This document shows positions 11,680 to 23,341 of a stretch of DNA of 64,000 nucleotides, in pieces. Position 1 is the first letter of the stretch; each line of letters starts with the position of its first letter. The translations under genes and the position numbers were made by a program. The notes below the pieces were generated by a model. The model did no database searches, was not told the origin of the DNA, and worked only from the letters and a program-made list of their open reading frames with translations. This DNA comes from Octopus sinensis. Lineage: Eukaryota. Location of the stretch: contig NC_043002.1 of the NCBI RefSeq assembly GCF_006345805.1, positions 6,200,001 to 6,264,000 on the forward strand. Direction: 5' to 3'.

Positions 11680-11960
11680 TATATATTTGATGATATTCTC
11701 CTGTCATTTTATTCATTCCTCCAGGACGTGATGTTAATAACCCACAAACATATTTCTTCTCGTGCATTTTGAGAAGTGAAAGTGAAGCAGATTCAGAATG
11801 TTTTCTGAGATATGCACTCTTACGTTTTTCTCAAAACTGCAGCCGTTTGAAGCAAAATGTTCGGCAAGTTCTGTCGAACTGTTATTATGCCTGATGTCAT
11901 ATCTGTGCCCATTAAATCTTTTGTTTAATTGTTCTGTTGAACAACCAGCATAAATCAAGT
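11680..11960 (-). pseudogene. Penelope-like element GIY-YIG endonuclease C-terminal fragment, frameshifted
   Basis: IYAGCSTEQLNKRFNGHRYDIRHNNSSTELAEHFASNGCSFEKNVRVHI, then in the next frame EKKYVCGLLTSRPGGMN, matching the PLE YVG..R..EH / E..I..L.T..P.G.N pattern. Confidence 0.8.
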
Positions 11961-12032
11961 TTGCCCTTTATTCTGTTGGGAGCGATAAAATAAGTGCCTT
12001 TAGTAGAAAATATTATTATCATTACAATTAGC

Positions 12033-12053
12033 AACAGCAGGAGCAGCAGCAGC

Positions 12054-12106
<53 letters not shown>

Positions 12107-12144
12107 TAGCAGCAGCAGCAGCAGCAGTAGTAATTGTAGTAGTG

Positions 12145-12208
<64 letters not shown>

Positions 12209-12280
12209 ATGCAGCTGCAGCAGCAGCAGTAGCAGTAGCAGCAGTAGTAGTAGTAGTAGTAGATGCAGCAGCAGTAGCAA

Positions 12281-12314
<34 letters not shown>

Positions 12315-12320
12315 TGTAAT
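12033..12320. repeat. (AGT)n/(AGC)n trinucleotide array, the source of the poly-S/L/V/A ORFs
   Basis: Direct reading. Confidence 0.95.
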
Positions 12321-13381
12321 ATTAGTAGTGTATAGATCATTAATTTTGGTTTGTGTTGGCCGGAAGGAGGAGAGAGTGTTTGCGGTATGTAATATATAGT
12401 CAACATTATAAAACTGACGATGGTATTATAACGATACCGTTCATTTCACGAAATTTGCTTATCGACTCGTCTATCTTAAACTGGACCCTAACACACAACC
12501 GTTCTGACAGTCTAACCTCCAATCCAAATCATAACGCAAAATCACATACGGCTTTGGATTCTATTTTACATTCTCCCCACCCCACTCTCTCTCTCTCTGT
12601 CTCTCTCACACACACACACACATACACAACCTCACCACATGTATAGTCGTGAACGTTTATGTATGTAGTTAACCTTTTCATGAGATGTTAAGTTTTTCCA
12701 TGTGGTTTGTATTGCTCCTCATCAGTTCAACTTCATTTATTCTTGGCGTTAACCTCATAAGTTGCTCACCCATATCTCAAATATGACTTGCCTCTGCTAC
12801 GAAATATTGCTGGGCATAATACATATTATATATACTTGGCACTTTTGTTTTGTTGTATGTTTGTTGGTACGCTTACCCTTTTAAATTTTGTTGTTGTTCT
12901 TAACGTAGTCGGTGTTGTTGATTTTGTCATTGCTACTGTATATCGCAGTGCCATCTGATGGCCTGTTTGCCACATGTCACTATGATATGGTCTTGAGAAT
13001 CTAATGTCATCATTAGTGACTCCTCAACAAGGAAGAAATATTGCCGTGATCACCCCTCTGCCCCCCCCCCAGTTACTTTCTGCTGTTATGTGTCAGTAAC
13101 TATCCTCCTATTTCTCTATATGTATTACATTCCTATACACACTCACGCAGACGCACACATGTATATGTATGTATGTATGTATGTATATCTGTATGTATGT
13201 ATGTATGTATGTAGTATGTATGTATGTTGCATGTATGTATGCATGTATATCTGACTTTAAACACGTATATATATATATATAATACACACACACAAACAAA
13301 CACACACACACACACACATATATAAATAAAAATGCATTAAATACTACAAAACATACACGTAGGACACACACAGAAGGACCG

Positions 13382-13766
13382 TAATTCTTCATCAGTTATC
13401 GACCGAAAACACTAATACTCAGTTTCGTGCCTTTAACGATAAGACTGAGAAATTCGCATATCGGCGGCACACGCAAGATTTGCGTAGAATTAAGGCTGGA
13501 GCAAACAAGACAATATCGGTTGGACGTAATAAAGTAAACAAATGTAATTTGAAACGATAGACGAAGACAAAATAAATAAAGCTTTTCGGACAAACAGGAA
13601 ATTGATAGGTGACACCTAGAAGACATCCTCCATCGATATAAGAAGCGAGAAATAGTAAGAGAGAAGAAAATGTTGGTGAGCAGACGATATACGAACTTCT
13701 CAGTCTTATCGTTAAAGACACGAAACTGAGTATTAGTATTTTCGGTCGATAACTGATGAAAAATTA
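13382..13766. repeat. Inverted-repeat (MITE-like) element with 82-bp arms, 77/82 identical
   Basis: 13382-13463 versus 13685-13766; all 5 differences are transitions; weaker homology extends about 40 nt further out on both sides. Confidence 0.9.
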
Positions 13767-14370
13767 GGATCTTTTTGTGTCCTTATGTTTGTATATGTAT
13801 TTTCATTTGTATAAATGTCTACATATAAATATAGGCATATATCTATGTGATGATGTTGAGTATGTATATATACGTGTGTGTGTTTTTTTTAATATTCGTA
13901 CATATATATATATGCATATGCGCGTGTATGTATATGCGCGTGTGTGTATATGTATGTACATATACGTATATTCAAACATGCGGCCAGTGTGAATGTATGC
14001 CTGGTACGAGTGTACATATATGTATAGTTTACCTCCTTGAATGGGTATATTTATTTATATAAGTTCTAAGATAAGTGTAAGCATTTTTCTATGTGAAGAT
14101 GAAGTTATATATACATATATACGCACGTGCGTGTATTTTTATATTTTTATATATTAATATATATTTTTTATATATATATATGCATATACATGTATATGTA
14201 TGTGCGTATGTGCGTGCGTGTTGAGATGTGTATATGTGTGTATGGACACATATATGTGTGTATGGACACATATATGTGTGTATATATGAGTGTATATATG
14301 TGTGTGTGTATATATATATATACACATATATATGTATGTATATATACATATATGTGTGCATGTGTGCATG

Positions 14371-14551
14371 TGTTGTTGGCATCCTTTTTGTCTCGGGAGA
14401 CAATGGAGTTGCGCATAAAATAGTCCAGTCCGGCTTTTACATTTCATGTCCTGATACATTTCCTGCTGTGGCTGTGTAGTCCTATCCTGGACAAACACTC
14501 CCTCTGGCAGGTACCGCAAATGTAGCAAATGTAGCGAAGACTACATTTGCG
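14371..14551 (-). mobile_element. RTE-clade LINE 3' end, 5'-truncated, with a small fold-back at the truncation
   Basis: Reverse complement of 20710-20890; cgcaaatgtag 14515-14525 is mirrored by ctacatttgcg 14541-14551. Confidence 0.75.
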
Positions 14552-14738
14552 TCACCTGCCATGTATATATACATGTGTACGTATGTAGATTTTATGAACG
14601 AAGATGTCTATCTGTATGAGTATGTGGCTGCGTGTATTTTTATAAATTCTTTTATATTTTATATGTTTTACTTTTATTTTACACGCTTATTAGAGTAACT
14701 TCCCTTTATTCAACGGTTTTTTCATAGCGTTCTCGTCT

Positions 14739-14802
14739 TAATAACTGATGAAAAATGCCTAGAAGCTCTCAGCTCTGGTATTTGAAACTCGGAGTATTAT
14801 TA
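14739..14802 (+). ncRNA. Type I hammerhead ribozyme, canonical core
   Basis: taataa-CUGAUGA-a-aaatgcctag(aagctctcagct)ctggtattt-GAAA-ctcggag-UA/ttatta; 6-bp stem I, about 9-bp stem II, short near-palindromic stem III; predicted cut after 14796. Confidence 0.75.
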
Positions 14803-14944
14803 TAATTTACTGATTCTCCTATATGAAAAATATATATATAAATTCCTGTATTTACATAATATCGAGGTCTCATTCATTCTTTTGTTGCCATATTATTATT
14901 ATCATCATTAATATATATACATGCCATGTAAATAACTACATTTT

Positions 14945-15268
14945 TCAGTCCCACTGCGTGGCATCTTGGGCATGTGTCTTCTGCTATAGCCCCGGGCCGA
15001 CCAATGCCTTGTGAGTGGATTTGGGAGACGGAAACTGAAAGAAGCCTGTGGTATATATATGTATGTGTGTTTGTGTTTGTCCCCCTAGCATTGCTTGACA
15101 ACTGATGCTGGTGTATTTACGTCCCCGTCACTTAGCGGTTCGGCCAAAGAGACCGATAAAATAAGTACTGGGCTTACAAAGAATAAGTCCCGGGGTCGAT
15201 TTGCTCGACTAAAGGCGGTGCTCCAGCATGACCGCAGTCAAATGACTGAAAGAAGTTAAAGAGTAAAG
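14945..15268 (+). mobile_element. SINE-B, 5'-truncated
   Basis: ttcagtcccactgcgtggcatcttggg...gtcgatttgctcgactaaaggcggtgctccagcatg...aagagtaaagac. Confidence 0.85.
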
Positions 15269-15401
15269 ACTATATGTAATTGTATTCATGCATGTGCGCA
15301 TAATACGCCATCCAGTACGTAAAAAAAGTTACTCTAAAATATTTCTTAAATGAAATTATTAAATGCAGAGATTTGATCTGAAACTAGAATGAACTTGCCA
15401 C

Positions 15402-16044
15402 AACTTCTCTCTTATACACTAATACTCTAGTGATGTCTAAAATCTTTAATATATTTAAGAGGTCATGAATATATAAATATATTCCTGAGCAATTTTAATG
15501 TTTTCAGATCACAGTGAACATGAGAAAGTTAGAAATATAGAATCAATAATTGTAATAATATCTTGCATCCACACTAATTGCCCAAATACATGAAATCACC
15601 AAATTAGAAATATTTTATTACGTGTGTTATGAACATGTGTAGCCTAAAGTGAGATCTTCTCCGATGACGAAGAATAACCGCAGTCAAAATATTCACACTC
15701 GGACAGAGCATATTGAAAATAAATAGATACATTTTTTGGGGGATTCTTGCTGTTCATTGCGCACCCGGAGAATAAAGACCCGTTTATTTATTAATTCATT
15801 ATCCGTTTCCCTCGCTTACTTTTGGTGCTTTTCAGCGGTTGAATTGGAACTCCAATTTCTAAACAGGTTGAGGCTTCGCGCATCCCTATGCTTTGCGCTA
15901 ATTTTTAGTTTTATAGCTTCATAATGTTATTAAACCTGGAACCGCTTATGCTACTGTTGTTACTATTATCAGTTACAAATAGTCACCACAGATAGTGTTA
16001 ATAAAAGTAATATCTTATTTCGAATGTAAGCATTCCAATACTTG

Positions 16045-16101
<57 letters not shown>

Positions 16102-16923
16102 AGAGTTTACGAAAAAAACAAAAGACGAAGACAGGTGGTGTACAAAACAAACAGATGTATTAGTATAACGTTCAGGAATAGAAAAAGTATTTTACGTTTC
16201 GAGCCTACGCTCTTCTACAGAAGGAACATAGAAAAAACAAGGAGAGAAAAATAATGTGTGTAGTGGCTAACTTCTCTCTTATACACTCTAGTAATGTATA
16301 ATGCTCTAGTAATGTCTAAAATCTTTAATATATTAAGAGGTCATGAATATATAAATATATTCCTGAGCAATTTTAATGTTTTCAGATCACAGTGAACATG
16401 AGAAAGTTAGAAATATAGAATCAATAATTGTAATAATATCTTGCATCCACACTAATTGCCCAAATACATGAAATCACCAAATTAGAAATATTTTATTACG
16501 TGTGTTATGAACATGTGTAGCCTAAAGTGAGATCTTCTCCGATGACGAAGAATAACCGCAGTCAAAATATTCACACTCGGACAGAGCATATTGAAAATAA
16601 ATAGATACATTTTTTGGGGGATTCTTGCTGTTCATTGCGCACCCGGAGAATAAAGACCCGTTTAATTTATTAATTCATTATCCGTTTCCCTCGCTTACTT
16701 TTGGTGCTTTTCAGCGGTTGAATTGGAACTCCAATTTCTAAACAGGTTGAGGCTTCGCGCATCCCTATGCTTTGCGCTAATTTTTAGTTTTATAGCTTCA
16801 TAATGTTATTAAACCTGGAACCGCTTATGCTACTGTTGTTACTATTATCAGTTACAAATAGTCACCACAGATAGTGTTAATAAAAGTAATATCTTATTTC
16901 GAATGTAAGCATTCCAATACTTG

Positions 16924-16980
<57 letters not shown>

Positions 16981-17279
16981 AGAGTTTACGAAAAAAACAA
17001 AAGACGAAGACAGGTGGTGTACAAAACAAACAGATGTATTAGTATAACGTTCAGGAATAGAAAAAGTATTTTACGTTTCGAGCCTACGCTCTTCTACAGA
17101 AAGGAACATAGAAAAAACAAGGAGAGAAAAATAATGTGTGTAGTGGCTAACTTCTCTCTTATACACTCTAGTAATGTATAATGCTCTAGTAATGTCTAAA
17201 ATCTTTAATATATTTAAGAGGTCATGAATATATAAATATATTCCTGAGCAATTTTAATGTTTTCAGATCACAGTGAACA
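15402..17279. repeat. Near-identical tandem duplication, about 870-880-bp unit, about 2.1 copies
   Basis: aacttctctcttatacact starts at 15402, 16269 and 17149; the units differ by only a few small indels. Confidence 0.95.
16097..16270 (-). mobile_element. Repeat family Y ((TA)n-associated, carries a hammerhead-like motif); also at 16977-17150 and 54101-54295
   Basis: gggagagtttacgaaaaaaacaaaagacgaagacaggtgg...tagtggctaac shared by three copies; minus strand reads CUGUAGA-a-gagc(gtag)gctc-GAAACGUA. Confidence 0.75.
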
Positions 17280-17280
17280 C

Positions 17281-17483
17281 AACACAGAAACATACACACA
17301 CATACATATATATATATATTTACGACGGGCTTCTTTCAGTTTCCGTCTACCAAATCCACTCACAAGGCTTTGGTCGGCCCGAGGCTATAGTAGAAGACAC
17401 TTGCCCAAGGTGCCACGCAGTGGGACTGAACCCGGAACCATGTGGTTGGTAAGCAAGCTACTTACCACACAGCCATTCCTACG

Positions 17484-17486
<3 letters not shown>
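17281..17486 (-). mobile_element. SINE-B 5' half
   Basis: Reverse complement of ggcgtaggaatggctgtgtggtaag...gaaagaagcccgtc. Confidence 0.85.
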
Positions 17487-17537
<51 letters not shown>

Positions 17538-17555
17538 ATATGTATGTATGTATTT

Positions 17556-17730
17556 GTGTGTCTGTGTTTATTCCCCCACCACTGCTTGACAACCGACGTT
17601 GGTATGTATACGTCCCCGTACTTAGCGGTTGGGTAAAACAGACTGATAAAATAAGTATTGGGATCGATTTGTTTGACTAAATGCAGTGCTCCAGCATGGC
17701 CGCAGTAAAATGACTGAAACAAGTAAAAGA
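17556..17730 (+). mobile_element. SINE-B 3' half
   Basis: cttgacaaccgacgttgg...tgctccagcatggccgcagtaaaatgactgaaacaagtaaaag. Confidence 0.8.
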
Positions 17731-17745
17731 ATCTCTCTCTCTCTT

Positions 17746-17792
<47 letters not shown>

Positions 17793-19214
17793 CTATATAT
17801 ATATGTATGTATATATAAATATTGTGAAAATGTTTGAACCATTCCAACCATTCCGTGTTTCCTCGGGGTAATAAATGCGTGAATAATACGATATACATGT
17901 GATCGGTTACAAAGCATATATAGTAAAAACAGTTAATTCAGAAGAGCATTACAATAGCCGATTCTCTTTCGGCAAGGCTAATGAAATAGTCGAATATGGC
18001 GCAGTATAAAGCTAGTGTGAAGGGGAACTACATGTACTAGTGAAATGAGGATTCAACGAAATCCATGCTAATGGAGAATATGTAAAAAGAATGTAATCTG
18101 ACCTAATTGGCCAATTAACTTTGACGTTATCTCTATTATAATCACAAACATTCTAGATTTAATAAGACAACACATTCTAGCGACATTTTCATATCATAAT
18201 GGCAAACCATGAAAACCTGGACTTCCGCGATTCATCGAAGACTAGCTTAAACGACTATGCCCATTGTTTTGCATAGATTTGATCTCTAAGGTACCAGAAA
18301 AAGTCAGAAAGTGGCGTGTATTCCTTGCTTTAATTGAGTGAAAGTGCTTGTAGTACATAAAGCTACTCGATCAATGCTAACCTGTAGATATAAAAAATGA
18401 ACATCAACAAGAACAGTATATAACAGAAGAAAATGTGTTTTTTTGTGTTTCTTGTGAATAAACGGCAGTGAGAAAAAAAAGAGGAAAAAAGAGAATATAA
18501 ATTTGAAAATAAACAAAATAAAAACAACAGCAATGATTGTTAATATTCAACCCCAGGAAAGTAAATATATCATCAATTTAAATTGTAAGTCTGTCTACAA
18601 CAACAGTAACAACCACTATATCATCATCATCATCATCATCAAGAACAACAACAACAGCCAACAACAGCAGCAACAACAGAAACAGTAAATTCGTACTAGA
18701 CAGGGGAAAGATTAATGACTAAATATACCAAATGTAATTAAATTACAAATTATGATACGCTTAGAAAACTAATTATTGATTAACAATATTGGAAAGGAAA
18801 TACAAGTAATAGCAATCCTCATACACAAAAAATAAAATAAATAAATAAATTTGCCCATCGTTCTACAATTTCTCTTCTTTCTTTACCGTCGTATCATTAT
18901 CAACACCATCATCAACTTCGTACGAAGCAACAGGAGTCGCATCAGTCACAAAAGATAGCATAAGTCCTTATTAAGGGAGCAATGTTTTTAGTATACTTCA
19001 TGTGATAAGTACAAACTTTCTCGACATGGCGCCGACGACCTGTCACGTGTCACATTTACCTTAACGTGTCAGAATCATTACTAATTCTTAATTTAAGGAA
19101 TCAGATTTCTTCCATCCTCTCATTCTACGCCCGTCTTTTCTCTTTCTATTTTTCTCTCATTCTTTGTCTCAGTCCCTCTATCTACATATCTATTCATCTA
19201 ATTCGGTCACTCAA

Positions 19215-19222
19215 TACATACA

Positions 19223-19256
<34 letters not shown>

Positions 19257-19288
19257 CATATATACATACATACATACATATATATACA

Positions 19289-19322
<34 letters not shown>

Positions 19323-19660
19323 CATACATACATATATATACATACATACATACATACATACATATACATACATATAGACATATATATATATACATACTTA
19401 CATACATACATACATACATACATACTTACATACATACATATAGACATATATACATACATACATACATACATATAGACATATATATACATACTTACATACA
19501 TACATATATACATACATACATACATATATACATATATATACATACATACATACATACATATAGACATATATATATATACATACTTACGTACATACATACA
19601 TACATACATGCATACATATAGACATATATACATACTTACATACGTACGAACGTACGTACG
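19215..19660. repeat. (TACA)n microsatellite
   Basis: Direct reading. Confidence 0.95.
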
Positions 19661-19810
19661 TTCATATCTATGTCTGTCTACCTGCCTCTGCGCGTGCGTA
19701 TGTATACATGATACATACAAATTACGATCGTGACACAAAAGCACACCCCCACACACAATTCTTCGTATGTCTACATGTGTGTAAAGAATATCTAGTTAAT
19801 TGCATATATA

Positions 19811-20200
19811 GGCGCAGGAGTGGCTGTGTGGTAAATAGCTTGCTTACCAACCACATGGTCCCGGGTTCAGTCCCACTGCGTGGCACCTTTGGCAAGTGTC
19901 TTCTACTATAGCCTCGGGCCGACCAAAGCTTTGTGAGTGGATTTGGTAGATGGAAACTGAAAGAAGCCCGTCATATATGTATGCGTGTGTATATGTTTGT
20001 GTGACTGTGTTTGTCCCCCGAGCATCGCTTGATAACCGATGCTGGTATGTTTGCATCCCCGTAACTTAGCGTTTCGGCAAAAGAGACCGATAGAATAAGT
20101 ACTAGGCTTACAAAGAATAGGTCCTAGGGTCGATTTGTTCAACTAAAGGCGGTGCTCCAGCATGGCCACAGTCAAATGACTGAAACAAGTAAAAGAGAGT
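19811..20200 (+). mobile_element. Full-length SINE-B (tRNA-like head, internal microsatellite, AAGAGT-type tail)
   Basis: Head ggcgcaggagtggctgtgtggtaa...ccgggttcagtccc with A/B-box-like motifs; best reference copy in the window. Confidence 0.9.
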
Positions 20201-20299
20201 ATATATATATATGCGCGCGTGTGTGTGTATGTAAGATTGTGAACATATTACCTTGTACGTATATGTTCTTTTGTATGCTTTTAGAAACACGTATCGATC

Positions 20300-20510
20300 T
20301 TTTATTTTTTAGTTCTTTCAGTCACTGGGATGCGGCCATGCAGGGGCACCGCCTGGAAGAGTTTAGTCGAATATATCGCCTCTCAGTACATTTGCTTTTT
20401 TTTTTAAGCTTCATACTTATTCTGTCGGTTTCTTATACTGAACCGCTAGATAATGGGGACGTAAACAAACCAGCTTCGAGCGTCAAGCGGCGGTAGGACG
20501 GCAGGCACAC
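20300..20510 (-). mobile_element. SINE-B 3' half, diverged, inverted relative to 19811-20200
   Basis: tttcagtcactgggatgcggccatgcagggg...gaaccgctagataatggggacgtaaac. Confidence 0.7.
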
Positions 20511-20654
20511 ATAAACAAATATATATGTATATGCGTTGTGTGTGTGTGTGTGTGTGTGTGTGTATAAAGATATACATATATATTTATATATACATACATA
20601 TATATACTTATATACATATACATGTGAATTTGGGAATACAAAGGAGTGACAGAG

Positions 20655-20900
20655 AGAGAGAGGAGAAATGGAAAGACAAGAAAAGATGTCGACAAGAAAC
20701 TATGGCATTACAACCAGCCAGGCAAAGTCTTCGCTACATTTGCGGTACCTGCCAGAGGGAGTGTTTGTCCAGGATAGGACTACACAGCCACAGCAGGAAA
20801 TGTATCAGGAATGAAATGTAAAAGCCGGACTAGATTATTTTATGCGCAACTCCATTGTCTCCCGAGACAAAAAGGATGCCAACAACAACAACAACAACAA
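20655..20900 (+). mobile_element. RTE-clade LINE 3' end with (CAA)n tail
   Basis: Encodes ...KWKDKKRCRQ...YICGTCQRECLSRIGLHSHSRKC, the RTE C-terminal C..C.R.C.SRIGL.SH motif; 3' UTR ccattgtctcccgagacaaaaaggatgcc then caa repeats. Confidence 0.8.
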
Positions 20901-20910
20901 TATATATGTT

Positions 20911-20993
<83 letters not shown>

Positions 20994-21724
20994 TGTATGT
21001 ATGTATGTATGTATGTATGGCTATTTCTCTTCTTTAAAATTTTTAAAACAAAATCAACAATGTTTGTCCAATGGAACCAGACCAAAGTCTTATGCAAAAC
21101 GAAACGACGTATGCGTGTCCACAAAAGCTGCGTGTATTCAGGAGAGAGTGTGTATGCATGCTTAGGTGTATGTATGTATGTATGTATGTAAGTTGCATGT
21201 ATGTATGTGTGTATGTATGTATGCAGGTATGTATGTATGTACGTATCTATGAATAATAAGTGTGTGTGTGTGTATTATTAGCATATGTATATAAGCCTAC
21301 CCGTGTTAATCTTCATTACCACCTACATACGTGCATATTTGTCTTTGTGTAAATGGGTGATTGCTGAATGATTAATATATATTTGTATAAATATGTGTCT
21401 TTGTATTTATGTATGCAGATAACTGTTTAGATATACGCGTGCGCACACACACTGACACTCATATATATATGTGTGTGTGTGTGTGTGTAAATATATATAC
21501 ACATATATATATATGCATACTTACATGCACATACGCCAATAGTTATATATTAACAGTAACGAACGAAAGCCATATTACACAGTATAATAAAATATTAATT
21601 AAATTTGGTTGGCTAAAATAACGCAGGCAAATGCTAATTATGTATGTATGTGAGTGCAGGCTATGCATTTCTTCCAATCGCCAAAGTGGAATAAACTTCG
21701 AAACAAATCTATACATACATATAC

Positions 21725-21853
<129 letters not shown>

Positions 21854-21915
21854 TGTGTGGTATAATTAAGTCTATGCATTAAGCAAAAAGTGTAGAACGG
21901 ATCAGATAAATATAT

Positions 21916-22128
21916 TTCTTTTACTTTTATTGTTTTTCTTTTGCTTCAGTCATTCGACTGCGGCCATGCTGGAACATCAGCTATAGATGAAGAAATCTAA
22001 CCTAGGGCCTATTCTTTGTAAGCCCACCACTTATCTATCGGTGTCTTTTGCCGAACCGCTAAGTTATGGGGAAGCAAACACACCAACATCGGTTGTCAAG
22101 CGACTGGAGGGGAACAAACACAGACACA

Positions 22129-22190
<62 letters not shown>

Positions 22191-22492
22191 ATTATTGAAG
22201 TAGATAAATGAATTATCTTATTACGGATAATTCAAATGATAACCGATACCTGGGTAGCAAAAATCATAACAGAAAAAGCACGGTTGAAGTTACGACCATG
22301 GGGCATAAAATCCGTGCCTTAGTGCGGAAATTTGAAGTTTTATATATTAAGTGTAGGAAGAAATGGAGCTGAACGAAGATTTAACAAAATTCATTTTTAT
22401 TATTTTCTAGGGACTTTGCAGCCTTCGAAACATATGTAGAAAATAATAAAAAGGAATTTTGTTAAATTTCGTTCAGCTCCATTTCTTCCTAC

Positions 22493-22553
<61 letters not shown>

Positions 22554-22713
22554 CAAGCTTCTTTCAGGTCCTGTCTACAAAATTCACTCCCAAGGTTTTG
22601 GTCGGCCCGAGGCTATAGTAGAAGATATTTATCCAATGTGCCACACAGTGGAACTGAACGCGGAACCATGTGGTTTCTAAAGAAGCTACTTACAACACAG
22701 CTACTCCTGCACC
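21916..22713 (-). mobile_element. Full SINE-B interrupted in its central microsatellite by a 310-bp insert (22191-22500)
   Basis: 3' half at 21916-22130 and 5' half at 22552-22713, collinear on the minus strand. Confidence 0.8.
22342..22503. repeat. Hairpin with about 67-bp arms and 27-nt spacer
   Basis: 22342-22409 versus 22437-22503, about 3 differences. Confidence 0.9.
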
Positions 22714-22767
22714 TGATCATGTATATTATTGACTCTATTATTACTTAGTGTAACAATCAAAATGATA

Positions 22768-22913
22768 CCAGTGCGTAACTGGTACTTATTTAATCGACCC
22801 CGAAAGGCTGAAAGGCAAAGTCGACCTCGACGGAATTTGAACTCAGAACGTAGCGGCAGACGAAATACCGCTAAGCATTTCGCCTGGCATGCTAACGATT
22901 CTGCCAGCTCGCC
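22768..22913 (-). mobile_element. SINE-A 5' portion
   Basis: Reverse complement of ggcgagctggcagaatcgttagc...aagtaccagttacgcactgg. Confidence 0.85.
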
Positions 22914-23341
22914 AGACGTACAGGCGTAGAGGACCGTTTATCATTTATTTTTGAACGTTTCTTTCTACATTTATACCGTCTCCTCCAGCCGAAATGAGTA
23001 ACTGATTTATTTCTCCAAGTATAAATAAAAGAAACACCTAGGTAGCGTTATTCAGAGCGGATTTTAAAGTATACTGAAAAACCACGTGGAATTCCACTAG
23101 CATGATCATGGCAGACATTAATAACAACACCATCAATGGAAACAGCCCTGCAGCACCAGCTATTTAAGAAGTCGTAAGTTCACTTCTCATTTTATTTGGG
23201 CTCTACATCTAGATCTAGATCTACTTGGATGCAATGAAAAAGCCTGTGGGGTCCCTTCTATCAGATAGATGAAGCAGTTAAAAAACATTGGGACGAAGCT
23301 CACCCCAACGTAAGCACGTTTACAGTGAAACAACTTCAGCA

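Noticed and set aside
11912-12406. Poly-Ser, poly-Leu and poly-Val/Ala ORFs
   Set aside because: (AGT/AGC)n repeat is open in several frames on both strands; no splice or homology support
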